64,000 nucleotides of DNA from Clostridia bacterium (GCA_017481235.1 JAFUPL010000006.1:2591-66590); one strand, 5' to 3'; shown: positions 47,260 through 57,887, counted from the first letter of the stretch. Notes: generated from the sequence alone by a model not told the origin. Translations and numbers: made by a program.

Positions 47260-49749
47260 ATGAAAAAGAGTGAAATATTTGAAAAAATTGATAATACTAG
47301 ATATTTAGAGCGTAACCTTGAACACGAAATGAAAGAATCGTTTATGGACTACGCAATGGCGGTTAACGTGTCACGTGCTATCCCTGATGTGCGTGATGGA
47401 TTAAAGCCGGTACACCGCCGTATTTTGTATGCTATGAGCGAAGAAGGTTTGTGGAGCGATAAACCTTTTAGAAAGTGTGCTAAAATTGTCGGTGACGTGT
47501 TAGGACGTTATCACCCACATGGTGATAGTTCGGTTTATGATGCGCTAGTTCGTTTGGCGCAAAACTTTTCAATTAATGAATTGTTGGTTGATGGTCATGG
47601 TAACTTTGGTTCGGTGGACGGAGATAAGGCAGCGGCATATCGTTATACTGAAGCGCGTTTAAGTAAAATTTCAAATGAGTTATTGCGTGATATTGACAAA
47701 AATACGGTTGATTTTTATCCAAACTTTGATAATACTCGTATGCAACCAGTAGTTATTCCTAGCCGTTTTCCTAACTTGCTTGTAAATGGTAGTGATGGTA
47801 TTGCGGTAGGTATGGCAACTAATATTCCACCTCACAATTTGGGCGAAGTAATTGATGGTGTGGTTGCTTTGATTGATAATCCTGAAATTACTATTGACGA
47901 ACTTATGCAAATTATTCCTGCACCAGATTTTCCAACTGGTGGTTTGGTTTTAGGTTTAGGTGCAATTAAGGAAGCATATCGCACAGGTCGTGGTGGTTAT
48001 ATTATACGTTCAAAGGCAGAAATTGAAACTTACGGTGACGGCAAGCGTTATCGCATTGTTGTAACCGAAATTCCTTATCAAGTAAACAAGGCAAAACTTA
48101 TTATGCAAATTGCTGACCTTGTTAAGGATAAACGTATTGAGGGCATTAGCGATATTCGTGATGAAAGTGACAAGGACGGACTTCGCATTGTTGTTGAAAT
48201 TAAAAAAGACGCAAATGCACAAATCGTGTTAAATCAATTGTATAAGATGTCACAACTACAAGTATCAAATGGTATTATTTTGTTGTGCTTATCAAAAAAT
48301 AAGCCACAATTACTAAACTTAAAACAAATTTTGGAAGAATATTTAAATTTCCAAAAGGAAGTTATTACTCGTCGTACTACTTATGACCTTGAAAAGGCAA
48401 AGGAACGCGAGCATATTATTGAAGGTTTGGTAATTGCGGTTAGAAATATTGACGAAGTAATTGCTATTATCAAAAAATCAAAAGATAAGCAAGACGCAAT
48501 GCAAAAATTGCAAGATAAATTTGATTTAAGTGAAAAGCAATCAAATGCAATCCTTGAAATGAAGTTGTCAAGACTTACTGGTTTGGAAGTTGAAAAACTT
48601 AATGCCGAACTTGAAGAGTTGTGCGCAACCATCAAAGAGTTGAGTGATATATTGGCGTCACCAGCGCGTATAGCGGGTATTATTCGTGAAGAAATATTAG
48701 AAATTAAAAATAAGTATGCGCGACCTCGTAAGAGTGAAGTTAGTCTTGATTATGACGATATTGATATTGGTGACTTGATTGCTAAGCATGAAGTGGTAAT
48801 ATCATTAACTGATGAAGGATATATTAAGCGTATGCCAGCAAGCGAATATAAGAGTCAAAATCGTGGCGGAAAGGGTGTTGTTGGACACAAGGCTAAGGAT
48901 ACAGACGTTATTGTTAATATGATTAGTTGTAACAGCCATGATGATTTGATGTTCTTTACTAATCTTGGTAAAGTGTATCGTATGAAAGCGTACACAATCC
49001 CAGAAGCAACTAAGACATCTAAAGGACGTGCAATTGTTAACCTAATGATGTTGCAAGGCGACGAAAAGATTACTGCAATTGTTGCTGATGCTAAAGATAA
49101 AGCAACCTTATTTATGGCGACTGAACAAGGGTATATCAAAAAGACTAAAATGGAAGAATTTGATTTGGTTCGTAAAAATGGTAAGATTGCTATAAAATTA
49201 ATGGAAGATGACCAGTTAGTAAGTGTTAAGGCGATAAATGATGGTGATGAATTGTTAATTGCTTCCAATAACGGCAAGTGTGTGCGTTTTAGTGAAAAAG
49301 ATGTACGTAGTTTAGGTCGTAGTTCGCGTGGCGTCAAGGGTATGAAGATAGAAAAGGACGAAAAGATTATTGATATGATAGTTCTTGACCCGAATAAGGA
49401 CATTTTGACTGTTACCGAACTAGGATATGCAAAGCGTACAAAGGTTGACGACTACAGACTTCAATCTCGTAGAGGTAAAGGAACTAAGGCTGGAAGATTT
49501 AACGACAAGACGGGCGATATTGTTGCCATTAAACCAATTGAGGCAGGTCAAGATATTCTTGCCATTACTTCAAACGGAATTGTAATTCGTACTCACGCTG
49601 AGCAAATTAATGAGGTTGGACGTACGGCACTTGGTGTAAGACTTATGAACACTTCGGGTTGTAAGATTGTTGGTGTGTCAATTGTGGCACGTCAAGAAGA
49701 CGAAGAAGATGAAGTTATTGAAGATGAAAATCAACAAATAAATGAATAA
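47260..49749 (+). CDS. gyrA: DNA gyrase subunit A
   Basis: 829 aa with the [10 protein letters not shown] active-site Tyr region and [11 protein letters not shown]. Confidence 0.97.
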   Translation: MKKSEIFEKIDNTRYLERNLEHEMKESFMDYAMAVNVSRAIPDVRDGLKPVHRRILYAMSEEGLWSDKPFRKCAKIVGDVLGRYHPHGDSSVYDALVRLAQNFSINELLVDGHGNFGSVDGDKAAAYRYTEARLSKISNELLRDIDKNTVDFYPNFDNTRMQPVVIPSRFPNLLVNGSDGIAVGMATNIPPHNLGEVIDGVVALIDNPEITIDELMQIIPAPDFPTGGLVLGLGAIKEAYRTGRGGYIIRSKAEIETYGDGKRYRIVVTEIPYQVNKAKLIMQIADLVKDKRIEGISDIRDESDKDGLRIVVEIKKDANAQIVLNQLYKMSQLQVSNGIILLCLSKNKPQLLNLKQILEEYLNFQKEVITRRTTYDLEKAKEREHIIEGLVIAVRNIDEVIAIIKKSKDKQDAMQKLQDKFDLSEKQSNAILEMKLSRLTGLEVEKLNAELEELCATIKELSDILASPARIAGIIREEILEIKNKYARPRKSEVSLDYDDIDIGDLIAKHEVVISLTDEGYIKRMPASEYKSQNRGGKGVVGHKAKDTDVIVNMISCNSHDDLMFFTNLGKVYRMKAYTIPEATKTSKGRAIVNLMMLQGDEKITAIVADAKDKATLFMATEQGYIKKTKMEEFDLVRKNGKIAIKLMEDDQLVSVKAINDGDELLIASNNGKCVRFSEKDVRSLGRSSRGVKGMKIEKDEKIIDMIVLDPNKDILTVTELGYAKRTKVDDYRLQSRRGKGTKAGRFNDKTGDIVAIKPIEAGQDILAITSNGIVIRTHAEQINEVGRTALGVRLMNTSGCKIVGVSIVARQEDEEDEVIEDENQQINE

Positions 49750-49760
49750 AGGTTGAGATT

Positions 49761-50495
49761 ATGGAACAAGAGAAAAAACATTCGCACGCTGGGCATAGGC
49801 AAAGATTTAAAAATAAAGTGCTTGAAACAGGAATTGAACATCTGCCATATCATGAGGTTTTAGAATTTCTTTTAATGTATGCCATTCCTCAAAAAGATGT
49901 TAATCCGCTCGCGCACGAGTTGATAAGTAATTTTGGTTCTTTTTCTGCCGTATTAGATGCCGATTATGACCAATTAAAAAAGATTAAAGGAGTTGGTCAT
50001 GAAACTGCATTGTTTATATCCACATTACCAGATATATTTATAAAATATACAGCTTCTAAAAATGTTGATAGTGTTGTGCTAGATACTCCTACTAAATGTG
50101 TAAATTATTTTAGGACTATTGATAGGGTTAGAAATAGTGAAATGTTTTATATATTTTGTTTAAATAGTCAAAAGAGATTAGTTAAAACCATTAAATTTAA
50201 TACTGGATTGGCTTCCATTGTAAATGTACCTATAACTGAATTTGCCCAAAAGATATCATTTGGTGCAAACAAGTCAATAGTGGTAGTTCACACTCACCCT
50301 AATGGAAATCCCGAACCAACGCAAGCAGATATTACAGCAACCAAACAACTAATTCGTTCAAGTGATGCGGTTGGAGTTAAATTTAATGACCATGTTATTA
50401 TAAGCAATAATAAATTTTACTCATTTCAATCAAGCGGAATTCTTAAAGGTTTGTTAGCAGAAGTTAAAGTGAGTGAAGACCAACCTATAGAATAA
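49761..50495 (+). CDS. radC: RadC-like JAB domain protein
   Basis: HTHPNGNPEPTQADI JAMM motif and an N-terminal HhH region. Confidence 0.85.
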   Translation: MEQEKKHSHAGHRQRFKNKVLETGIEHLPYHEVLEFLLMYAIPQKDVNPLAHELISNFGSFSAVLDADYDQLKKIKGVGHETALFISTLPDIFIKYTASKNVDSVVLDTPTKCVNYFRTIDRVRNSEMFYIFCLNSQKRLVKTIKFNTGLASIVNVPITEFAQKISFGANKSIVVVHTHPNGNPEPTQADITATKQLIRSSDAVGVKFNDHVIISNNKFYSFQSSGILKGLLAEVKVSEDQPIE

Positions 50496-50501
50496 AAAAA
50501 T

Positions 50502-50529
50502 ATCCATAGAAATTTCTATGGATTTTTTT
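50502..50529. terminator. Bidirectional terminator
   Basis: ATCCATAGA/TCTATGGAT stem flanked by A-runs and T-runs. Confidence 0.65.
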
Positions 50530-50546
50530 ATTAACAAATAATGATA

Positions 50547-51290
50547 TTAATCAGAAGATGATGCATCTACTTTACAAATTTCAAGAACGGCTTTAGCAAT
50601 TGCTTGTGCTTTTGCTTCCATATCATGCGCGTCATCAGCATGCAAGATAGGAAGACGATATTCATCTGCCAAATTTTCAGATTGTATTGCATAAGCAGTT
50701 ACTGAAATTGTAACATTACAATTTTGTAAATCATCATTCCATTCTCTAGGTATTTGTATTGAATTTTCTGCTAATACTGGGATAGGATATCCTTCCACTG
50801 TTTCCTTAGGTTGAAAAGCATTAATACCAACTAAGCAAGTGTATGACGCATTAAGATTTGAACATTGATATTTAATTTCTTTCCAACGAGAATCTAACGC
50901 ATTGTCCTTAAATGCAATTGCTGGCATATTTTGCAGTTTAGACGAAACGTCTTCATTGGTTGATTCGTTGACTGCACTAAGTTTATACACTACAACCATG
51001 TATGTCCATTGATTACATTGGTTTAATAGATTAAGTTTTACATTTTCAAGGTTATTGCCTGGAACTAAATATTTTTCCCCTATAGGAGCAGATATTGAAA
51101 ATTGTGTAGTTTGTCCCGCTTTTTCACCTTGCAAGTGAATTGAAAGTGTAGCGGTAGTAATAGAACCTTTAACCAAATTAGACTTACCATTATAATATGA
51201 ATATGTAACGCCAAAACCAATTGATACAAGCAATAATATTGCTAAAACAACAATTATAATGTTTTGAACATTAGTTTTTTTTCTAACCAT
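50547..51290 (-). CDS. Secreted protein with TasA/camelysin-like (SipW-type) signal region
   Basis: N-terminal TM followed by VTYSYYNGKSNLVKGSITTATLSI, which resembles the TasA/CalY-family N-terminus. Confidence 0.45.
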   Translation of the reverse strand: MVRKKTNVQNIIIVVLAILLLVSIGFGVTYSYYNGKSNLVKGSITTATLSIHLQGEKAGQTTQFSISAPIGEKYLVPGNNLENVKLNLLNQCNQWTYMVVVYKLSAVNESTNEDVSSKLQNMPAIAFKDNALDSRWKEIKYQCSNLNASYTCLVGINAFQPKETVEGYPIPVLAENSIQIPREWNDDLQNCNVTISVTAYAIQSENLADEYRLPILHADDAHDMEAKAQAIAKAVLEICKVDASSSD

Positions 51291-51599
51291 GAATATTCCC
51301 CCTAAAAATATTTTATAGTTAACTTATGTATTAAAATATTTAATACAACAAAATGCTTATGTAATTATTTTAACAATCAAATCACAATATGTCAAACAAA
51401 AAAACAAATAAAATACAATATTTTGATAAAATACTACATTTTCAATATAAATATTGATACTCCAATAACATATTTATTAACTTAACAATACCTTCAGTTT
51501 ACTCAAATGATGAAAATTTATAAATTTTTGCTTTAAATTTTAAATTCTCTATTGAATAGTGATACGATTTATGCTACAATTTTATTAAAGGTAAGAATT

Positions 51600-51938
51600 A
51601 TGGCCAAAAAAGAAAGAAATATTATATTAAAAAATGGAAAGCAAGTCAAATTGCAAAGCAACCAAATAGATTATGAAAACCGTCATATTATTAAAGCGAT
51701 AAACGATAATGGCGATAATGTGGGATATCTAATTTTTAAAATACAAGAAGATAAGGTTTGTTATTTGATTAAAATTGAAATTGTTGACTCCAATTATTCG
51801 CATCAAGGATTGGGAACTGCAATGTTAAGATTTATGGAAAGATTGGCAAGTGAGCAATATTGCAGATATGTTGATGGAAGGTTTTTTCCTTGTGGAAGTT
51901 TGGGTAAATTTGCAAAGGATTTTTATATCAAAAATTGA
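51600..51938 (+). CDS. GNAT-like protein ending at a TGA that replaces the conserved Gly (frame stays open to 52019)
   Basis: HQGLGTAML (motif A). It ends ...AKDFYIKN-TGA-YKINEE.... A TTGAAT-17-TACAAT promoter lies upstream. Confidence 0.6.
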   Translation: MAKKERNIILKNGKQVKLQSNQIDYENRHIIKAINDNGDNVGYLIFKIQEDKVCYLIKIEIVDSNYSHQGLGTAMLRFMERLASEQYCRYVDGRFFPCGSLGKFAKDFYIKN

Positions 51939-52022
51939 TATAAAATTAATGAAGAATATTATGATAAATGCATATCAAAGCAAATAAATATTGTTGCAGA
52001 TATTGACATAAGTATTTAAAAT

Positions 52023-52057
52023 AAAAACTAGGATAAATTATTTAATCCTAGTTTTTT
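52023..52057. terminator. Bidirectional terminator
   Basis: ACTAGGAT/ATCCTAGT stem flanked by an A-run and a T-run. Confidence 0.7.
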
Positions 52058-52132
52058 TGGTGCGTTTATCAGGATTTGAACCCGAACTAATGGTTCCGAA
52101 GACCATTGTGCTATCCATTACACCATAAACGC
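52058..52132 (-). tRNA. tRNA-Arg (anticodon UCG), CCA encoded
   Basis: Manual cloverleaf. Acceptor GCGTTTA/TAAACGC, anticodon arm ATGGT-CTTCGGA-ACCAT, T arm TCGGG-TTCAAAT-CCTGA, ending ACCA. Confidence 0.9.
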
Positions 52133-52288
52133 ATATAATATAATTTAAAATATTAAGTTAATTATGTGAAAGAACCATTAGTTCTTTATAGGGTTCCCAC
52201 AAAACGAATGTTTTGAAGGGAAAAGGAACAACCGACTAAAAATCTAACGATTGCGGTAGCAATCTAGCAAAAGGGAGAGTTGTGACGC

Positions 52289-52358
52289 GGTTCCGAAGAC
52301 CATTGTGCTATCCATTACACCATAAACGCATATAAATATAATTTAAAATATTAAGATA
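52289..52358 (-). repeat. Duplicate of tRNA-Arg positions 1-41 plus about 29 nt of its upstream region
   Basis: 52289-52329 is identical to 52092-52132, and the upstream ATATAA(A)TATAATTTAAAATATTAAG is also shared. The copies diverge inside the anticodon stem. Confidence 0.85.
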
Positions 52359-52474
52359 TTGTTTTGATTGATATACCGCACATTTTAATTATATCACAAT
52401 TAATATGTATGTGCAACAGTTTTGCAAATAGTTATGGATATATAAGTTAAAAATTACAACAAGAGTTTTTGGAA

Positions 52475-53068
52475 TTAATAAACCAAAACTATTATATAAT
52501 TGCGCAATACAAAAAATACAATGCTTTGAGAAACAAGCAAAATTGCAATAAATATTAAAATAGGAATACAACTTGAAAATGCATATTTAAAGTAAAAATT
52601 ATTATTTTGGCAATCGATACAAATTAGAAAAAGTTCAAGTAATAAAAACATCATTAGCAACAAACAAATTAGCATGCAAAAAGCAATCACAAGGGTGTTG
52701 ATTATTCCGTATTCCAGCATAAAAGCAATTAGTGTAAGGGTTTGAGCGTATACATAGTAAGCGTAGAAGAATATTCCTATGCTAATAGTATATTTTTTAC
52801 AACACGACGCTATTATAATTATTGCAAATACGGATATTGTTAAAATATTAGTGAATAGCATTCCACCAAAACCACTACTGCCACGTAAAAACTTAACAAT
52901 TGATACATTGGAAAAACTAATAAGCAACGAACTATTGCTAAACTTAACGCCTGCCAGCACCGCGCAAAAAATGCAAACACCAATTAATACTATCATAAAA
53001 CTTACAAATGAGCGGTGTTTTTTTATTGGTTCAAATAGCGAATATGAAAATTTATAAGGAATTTTCAT
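52475..53068 (-). CDS. Multi-pass membrane protein
   Basis: 197 aa with about 5 hydrophobic segments. Confidence 0.5.
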   Translation of the reverse strand: MKIPYKFSYSLFEPIKKHRSFVSFMIVLIGVCIFCAVLAGVKFSNSSLLISFSNVSIVKFLRGSSGFGGMLFTNILTISVFAIIIIASCCKKYTISIGIFFYAYYVYAQTLTLIAFMLEYGIINTLVIAFCMLICLLLMMFLLLELFLICIDCQNNNFYFKYAFSSCIPILIFIAILLVSQSIVFFVLRNYIIVLVY

Positions 53069-53186
53069 AAAATATATATATTAAGCAAAATTCAAATAAA
53101 TTGCTAAATGTGTCAAATTTTGTATTAAAAATAAAAACTGTGGTAATTTAGGCTATATAATAAATGGAGTATAGTAATAAATTATA

Positions 53187-54068
53187 TTAATCTTTAAATT
53201 TATTAAAATCAGGAATAAATATTTCGTTTGCGCTAGTTAAATCTTGATAAAACCCATTTTTAAAATTTAAATTTTTAAGACGATTAATAACCCTTTTGTA
53301 TTCTATGGGTTTTAGTGTGCGATTGTATTTAGCATATAGTGGGTCGCTTGATGCAAGATGGTAGGGAGTGTATTGTCCCATTACGCTAACATAGGTATTA
53401 GTTCCCAAGGTGTTGCTAATCCACTCTAACACATTAAAACTATTTGTAATTTCATTTGGAAGTACTAAATGACGAATGATAACTCCTTTTTGCATAATAC
53501 TATTTTGTATGATATCATCTGGTTGATTTTTGCGCATTTCAAGTATTGCTTGTTTGCATTTGCTAGGATAGTTTTTTGCTTTTGATAAATTTAACGCTAA
53601 GTCATTATCCATATATTTCATATCTACTAAGTATATGTCTACTATATTTTTAAGTTTTTTAATAGTTTCCACACTTTCGTAACCATTGCTATTCCACACT
53701 ATTGGTATAGAGGGTTTGTAAATGTTAAGTGCTTCAACTATTTGGTTAGTGTAATGAGTAGGGGTTACAAGGTTGATATTGTTAACTCCTTTACTTTCCA
53801 ATTGTTTTATTATGTCAATAAACTCGTTGATGGATACAATTTTTCCTTCACCAAGAGAACTTATTTGATAATTTTGACAATATATGCATTTTAAATTGCA
53901 ATTTGAAAAAAATATAGCACCACTACCATTGTTGCCCGAAATAATAGGTTCTTCCCAATAGTGAACCATGTATTTAGCAACTTTTAAATTGTTGTTTGAA
54001 TTGCAAAATCCAACAGAGTTATTTCTATCCACATTGCATTGCCTTGGGCATAAATTACATCTTATCAT
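53187..54068 (-). CDS. Radical SAM protein (PflX-like)
   Basis: Start at MIRCNLCPRQC. CNLKCIYCQN is the CX3CX2C cluster. The track's N-terminal 12 aa begin at the promoter -35 TTG and run through the promoter. Confidence 0.8.
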   Translation of the reverse strand: MIRCNLCPRQCNVDRNNSVGFCNSNNNLKVAKYMVHYWEEPIISGNNGSGAIFFSNCNLKCIYCQNYQISSLGEGKIVSINEFIDIIKQLESKGVNNINLVTPTHYTNQIVEALNIYKPSIPIVWNSNGYESVETIKKLKNIVDIYLVDMKYMDNDLALNLSKAKNYPSKCKQAILEMRKNQPDDIIQNSIMQKGVIIRHLVLPNEITNSFNVLEWISNTLGTNTYVSVMGQYTPYHLASSDPLYAKYNRTLKPIEYKRVINRLKNLNFKNGFYQDLTSANEIFIPDFNKFKD

Positions 54069-54074
54069 AATTAA

Positions 54075-54104
54075 ATTGTAACATGATTTGTGTTTAATTG
54101 TCAA
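54075..54104 (-). promoter_or_regulatory. TTGACA-18-TGTTACAAT promoter, 6 nt from the ATG (leaderless arrangement)
   Basis: The reverse complement of 54066-54104 reads TTGACAATTAAACACAAATCATGTTACAATTTAATTATG. Confidence 0.6.
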
Positions 54105-54219
54105 TAATGCAACAACTTAAACAAAACTTTGATACAAAAATGCTACAAAATTTAACAAAAATGGTAAAAATTTGGAAAATTATTTGCAAAATCATATAAA
54201 TTTTGGTTATTATAGATTT

Positions 54220-55152
54220 ATGGATAGGAAATGTCGAATTTTGTCAATTTTTGTCATTGCAATAAGTGTGATGGTCATTTTTGTGGCGTACTGCATAATT
54301 GTAAATAAACCAAAGGAAGAAATTGTGTATGCAAATGACATAAGTTTTTGTAGCATTATTGGCGGATTTGAAATGTGTGTTGGCAATGAACTGGTTTTGA
54401 ACGATAACATGGTTAAAATTAGTCCAAGCAATTGTTCATTTAAACCGGAATTTACTATTCAAAAACGTGATGAAGATGAGAAAGAGATTAAGACGGATAG
54501 ATATTCATTTTCATATACTGGGCAATATACACTTAAGGCAAAGGTGAAAGCAAATGAAAACTACTATATAAATGACACATTAATAATAACGGTGGTTGAA
54601 AATCCTATTTCAACTACTAGTGTGTATATAGATAAACTACCACTACAAACTGTGTATGTGGAGCAAGAAATACTGTTAAGTCAATTGGCAAATATAAAGT
54701 ATCCAACATCAAGTGTGCTAGAAGTTAAATGTAGTGAACATGTAATTTACGAACAAGGAAAATTAAAAACAATCAAAGAGGGCGCCGGTGTAATTGAAGT
54801 GTACATAACGTACGAAAATATTACCATAATGGAAACCATTGTGTTCAATGTAAAAGCAAAGATTGAAGATACGGGAACGCAATTAATATTGACTGCAAAT
54901 GGTAATGTTGTGCAAAATAATAGTTTGCGAATAGAGTATTCAAGATTTAATTTTTCAATTAATTACGAACTTACTAATTTAGAGCACAATCAACAAATAA
55001 TGTGTTGGACAAATAGCGATATTGTTGAAGTTGTAAGTTACAATACTCCTACAATTGTATTAAAAACGTTAAGTGTTGGCGAGGCGGTTATTTATGTTAG
55101 TCCAATAGATTATCCGCATATAATATTTGAAATTGTTGTTAGTATTATTTGA
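54220..55152 (+). CDS. Membrane-anchored protein with beta-rich extracellular region
   Basis: Start at MDRKCRILSIFVIAISVMVIF. About 310 aa. No family call. Confidence 0.5.
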   Translation: MDRKCRILSIFVIAISVMVIFVAYCIIVNKPKEEIVYANDISFCSIIGGFEMCVGNELVLNDNMVKISPSNCSFKPEFTIQKRDEDEKEIKTDRYSFSYTGQYTLKAKVKANENYYINDTLIITVVENPISTTSVYIDKLPLQTVYVEQEILLSQLANIKYPTSSVLEVKCSEHVIYEQGKLKTIKEGAGVIEVYITYENITIMETIVFNVKAKIEDTGTQLILTANGNVVQNNSLRIEYSRFNFSINYELTNLEHNQQIMCWTNSDIVEVVSYNTPTIVLKTLSVGEAVIYVSPIDYPHIIFEIVVSII

Positions 55153-55197
55153 CATAATTATTAAATAAAAGTATAATAAATGTGTAAGGAGAACATT

Positions 55198-55368
55198 ATG
55201 AAAGTAAATAAGGATAAATGTTTAGGTTGCGGAGCATGTGCGTCAATGTGCCCAGTTAATGCTATTACAATGAAAGGCGGCAAGGCGGAAATTAACAAAA
55301 AAAAGTGCATTAAATGTGGAACTTGCATGCAAATTTGCCCAGTAAGTGCCATTACAGACGAAGCATAG
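55198..55368 (+). CDS. 4Fe-4S ferredoxin
   Basis: Two CxxCxxCxxxCP motifs. AAGGAG SD. Confidence 0.85.
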   Translation: MKVNKDKCLGCGACASMCPVNAITMKGGKAEINKKKCIKCGTCMQICPVSAITDEA

Positions 55369-55608
55369 CGATACATAACAAAAATACACCTCAAATTAAT
55401 TATTTGATGGTGTATTTTTTATAATAAAAATAATAAGCATAGTGCTTACAAGATTTTAGGCAATAAAAAGTACATTAATGCAACGTATAATAATAAAAAT
55501 GTTCCGCTTGTCATATTTGAATTATATAACATAAACTAAGGGTTGTCAATATGATGTTGAAAATTTGTGGATAACTAAAAAAGATGACTTTGAAGTCATC
55601 TTTTAGTA

Positions 55609-56082
55609 TTAAGCACTGATTTTAACTATTTTTAGTTCAACCAAACCGCCTGGTGTTTTGATTGAAGCGACTTCGCCAACCTTTTTGCCCATAAGTCCAG
55701 CACCAACAGGACTAATGTTGCTAATAATACCATTGATTGGGTCAGATTCAGTATCACCAACAATCTTGTAGGTAAATTTACGGTTAAGTTTAACATTTAG
55801 CACTTCTACAGTGCAACCAACGTTAACTTTTGAGGTGTTAATCTTGTTAGGGTCAATGATTACAGCATTTTTAACTTTGTTTTCAAGTTCAAAAATTTCT
55901 GCTTCAACAGTTGCTTGTTCTTCACGCGCAATATCATATTCGCTATTTTCGCTCAAGTCACCATAACTGCGTGCTTCAGCAAGTTTGTCAGCAACTTCTT
56001 TTCTGCGAGTGCCTTTTAAATATACTAATCTTTCCTTTACTTCTTCTAGTCCTTCAGCACTAATAAAAACTTTTTCGTCCAT
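55609..56082 (-). CDS. greA: Transcription elongation factor GreA
   Basis: 157 aa with ...YGDLSENSEYD... and ISNISPVGAGLMGKKVGE. Confidence 0.93.
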   Translation of the reverse strand: MDEKVFISAEGLEEVKERLVYLKGTRRKEVADKLAEARSYGDLSENSEYDIAREEQATVEAEIFELENKVKNAVIIDPNKINTSKVNVGCTVEVLNVKLNRKFTYKIVGDTESDPINGIISNISPVGAGLMGKKVGEVASIKTPGGLVELKIVKISA

Positions 56083-56365
56083 AAAAAACTCCTTTTAACA
56101 ATTAAAAAACTCAGTTTTAACAAACTGAATTAGGTATTGTGTTTAAATTCAACTACCTTAAACATATATATTTATGCAAAAGTTAGTTTTAACTTTTACG
56201 AGATTGATTATACAACCAAACAAAATAAAAGTCAACAAATTTTCATAAAATTATTTATTTTGTTAACAATAAACAATTTTAGATAAAACATATTAGATAA
56301 AACATATAAGTATTATATTATAAATATTAATATAAATTCCTAAATGTTGTAAAAAGTTTGAATTT

Positions 56366-56623
56366 TTATTCTTCTGGGAGATATTCGACTATAAATTTGT
56401 CAAAGGTGACGTGTTCAATAAAGTCGGTGGGTTTAAATAGAGTCATGGAAAATTTGTTAAAGTCGAGTATATGCTTATTTAGCAATACTGGAGTTGGAAT
56501 ATCTAATCCTTCACAAAGTTGCTTAATCATATCAAAAAAGGTGCACTCACTAGGTTGTACACTAACTACATGATGTTTGGTGATTTTTTCATCAATAAAT
56601 ACTTTTCCCCAAATGTTTATCAT
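56366..56623 (-). CDS. Hypothetical protein
   Basis: 85-aa ORF, the only sizeable frame in this interval. Confidence 0.4.
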   Translation of the reverse strand: MINIWGKVFIDEKITKHHVVSVQPSECTFFDMIKQLCEGLDIPTPVLLNKHILDFNKFSMTLFKPTDFIEHVTFDKFIVEYLPEE

Positions 56624-56714
56624 AATAATTATATTATATTTAAAATTTAAAAAAAATCAAATATATTTGACTTATTTTAATAAATAATATATTCTTTAAT
56701 ATAAAGGAGACTAT

Positions 56715-57887
56715 ATGCGAGATACTAAAGTTGCACTTAAAGTTTGTAATGAATACGACGGTGATATGATTGCTGGTAAGTTAAAGGAAGGATTTGACTT
56801 GCTTGGCGGACTATCAAACTACATAAAACCAGGACATACAGTTTTAATTAAACCAGACCTATATAATTGTAGCGAACCAAATCAGGCAAAAACTACAAAT
56901 CCTAACGTTGTAAGCGCTTTGGCAGAACTAGTATATAAAATTGGTGCTACATGCATAATTGCCGATTCACCTAAAGGTGATTTTAAGCAATCAAATCTTG
57001 ATAATGCCTATGTTAAAACTCAAATGTTGCAAGTAAGTAATAATGGACACGCAATGCTTAACATCAATGATGATATTGCAATTGCTACCAATCCTAATGG
57101 AGAACATTGTAGGAATGTATACGTTATAGATGCCGTTAATGATGCAGACGTAATAATTAATGTTGGTAAATTTAGATGTGACAAAAACTTGGGACTTATT
57201 GGTTGTAGTCAAAATATATTTGGACTTATTCCAGGCAAGTTTAAGGAATTGATTAAGTCAAGGTGTCATACATTAAAGTCGTATTATAACTATATACATG
57301 ACATATATGAAGTTTTTGAAGACAAAATAGTATTAAATATTTTAGATGGAATTGTTGCAAGTGAAGTAAACAATGACCCACGTATTTTAAATACTATTTT
57401 AATTGGTGAAAATCCTTATGCAGTAGATAGTGTTGCGCTTAAAGTTATCAATCAAAATCCACAAGATAGTTTGTTGCTAAACGAAAGTGTTAGAAGGGGC
57501 AAATTTAGTTTTGATTTAGAGTTGGTGGGTGACAATATTGAACCTTTAATATGTTCGGATTTTCACTATACATCTTTTGGAGAAAATGTTAAAAGTGCTT
57601 CAATGCGAAAGTTTAGGCAAGAATACAATAGTTATCAAAAACGACCAGTTATTCCATCAAATTTATGCAAAGGTTGTAAGATTTGCATAGCAAATTGTCC
57701 TATGAAAGCAATTAGCATGCAAAGTGGTCAATTTGGTGAATACGCAAAAGTTGATTATGATAGATGCATAACATGTTTGAAATGTGTTGACAATTGCCCA
57801 TATAAGGTGATTAAAACTAAAACACCTATTAAGTATAGACCGATTGATAGAATGATAAAAAAATCATTGCGAGAACGAAAAGATTAA
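56715..57887 (+). CDS. DUF362 domain protein with C-terminal 4Fe-4S dicluster domain
   Basis: CKGCKICIANCP and CITCLKCVDNCP near the C-terminus. Confidence 0.7.
   Translation: MRDTKVALKVCNEYDGDMIAGKLKEGFDLLGGLSNYIKPGHTVLIKPDLYNCSEPNQAKTTNPNVVSALAELVYKIGATCIIADSPKGDFKQSNLDNAYVKTQMLQVSNNGHAMLNINDDIAIATNPNGEHCRNVYVIDAVNDADVIINVGKFRCDKNLGLIGCSQNIFGLIPGKFKELIKSRCHTLKSYYNYIHDIYEVFEDKIVLNILDGIVASEVNNDPRILNTILIGENPYAVDSVALKVINQNPQDSLLLNESVRRGKFSFDLELVGDNIEPLICSDFHYTSFGENVKSASMRKFRQEYNSYQKRPVIPSNLCKGCKICIANCPMKAISMQSGQFGEYAKVDYDRCITCLKCVDNCPYKVIKTKTPIKYRPIDRMIKKSLRERKD

Noticed and set aside
48855-49403. Long antisense ORFs inside conserved genes. Examples are the 182 aa opposite gyrA, 46479..46817 opposite gyrB, 42908..43243 opposite metG, 20731..21093 and 41487..41873.
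   Set aside because: They lie entirely antisense to confidently identified genes, have low-complexity Ser/Leu/Ile-rich products, and have no SD.
52133-52288. A group I intron or split tRNA between the two tRNA-Arg 5' halves.
   Set aside because: The supposed intron would contain a second promoter and a 5' exon copy. The intact downstream tRNA folds completely on its own.
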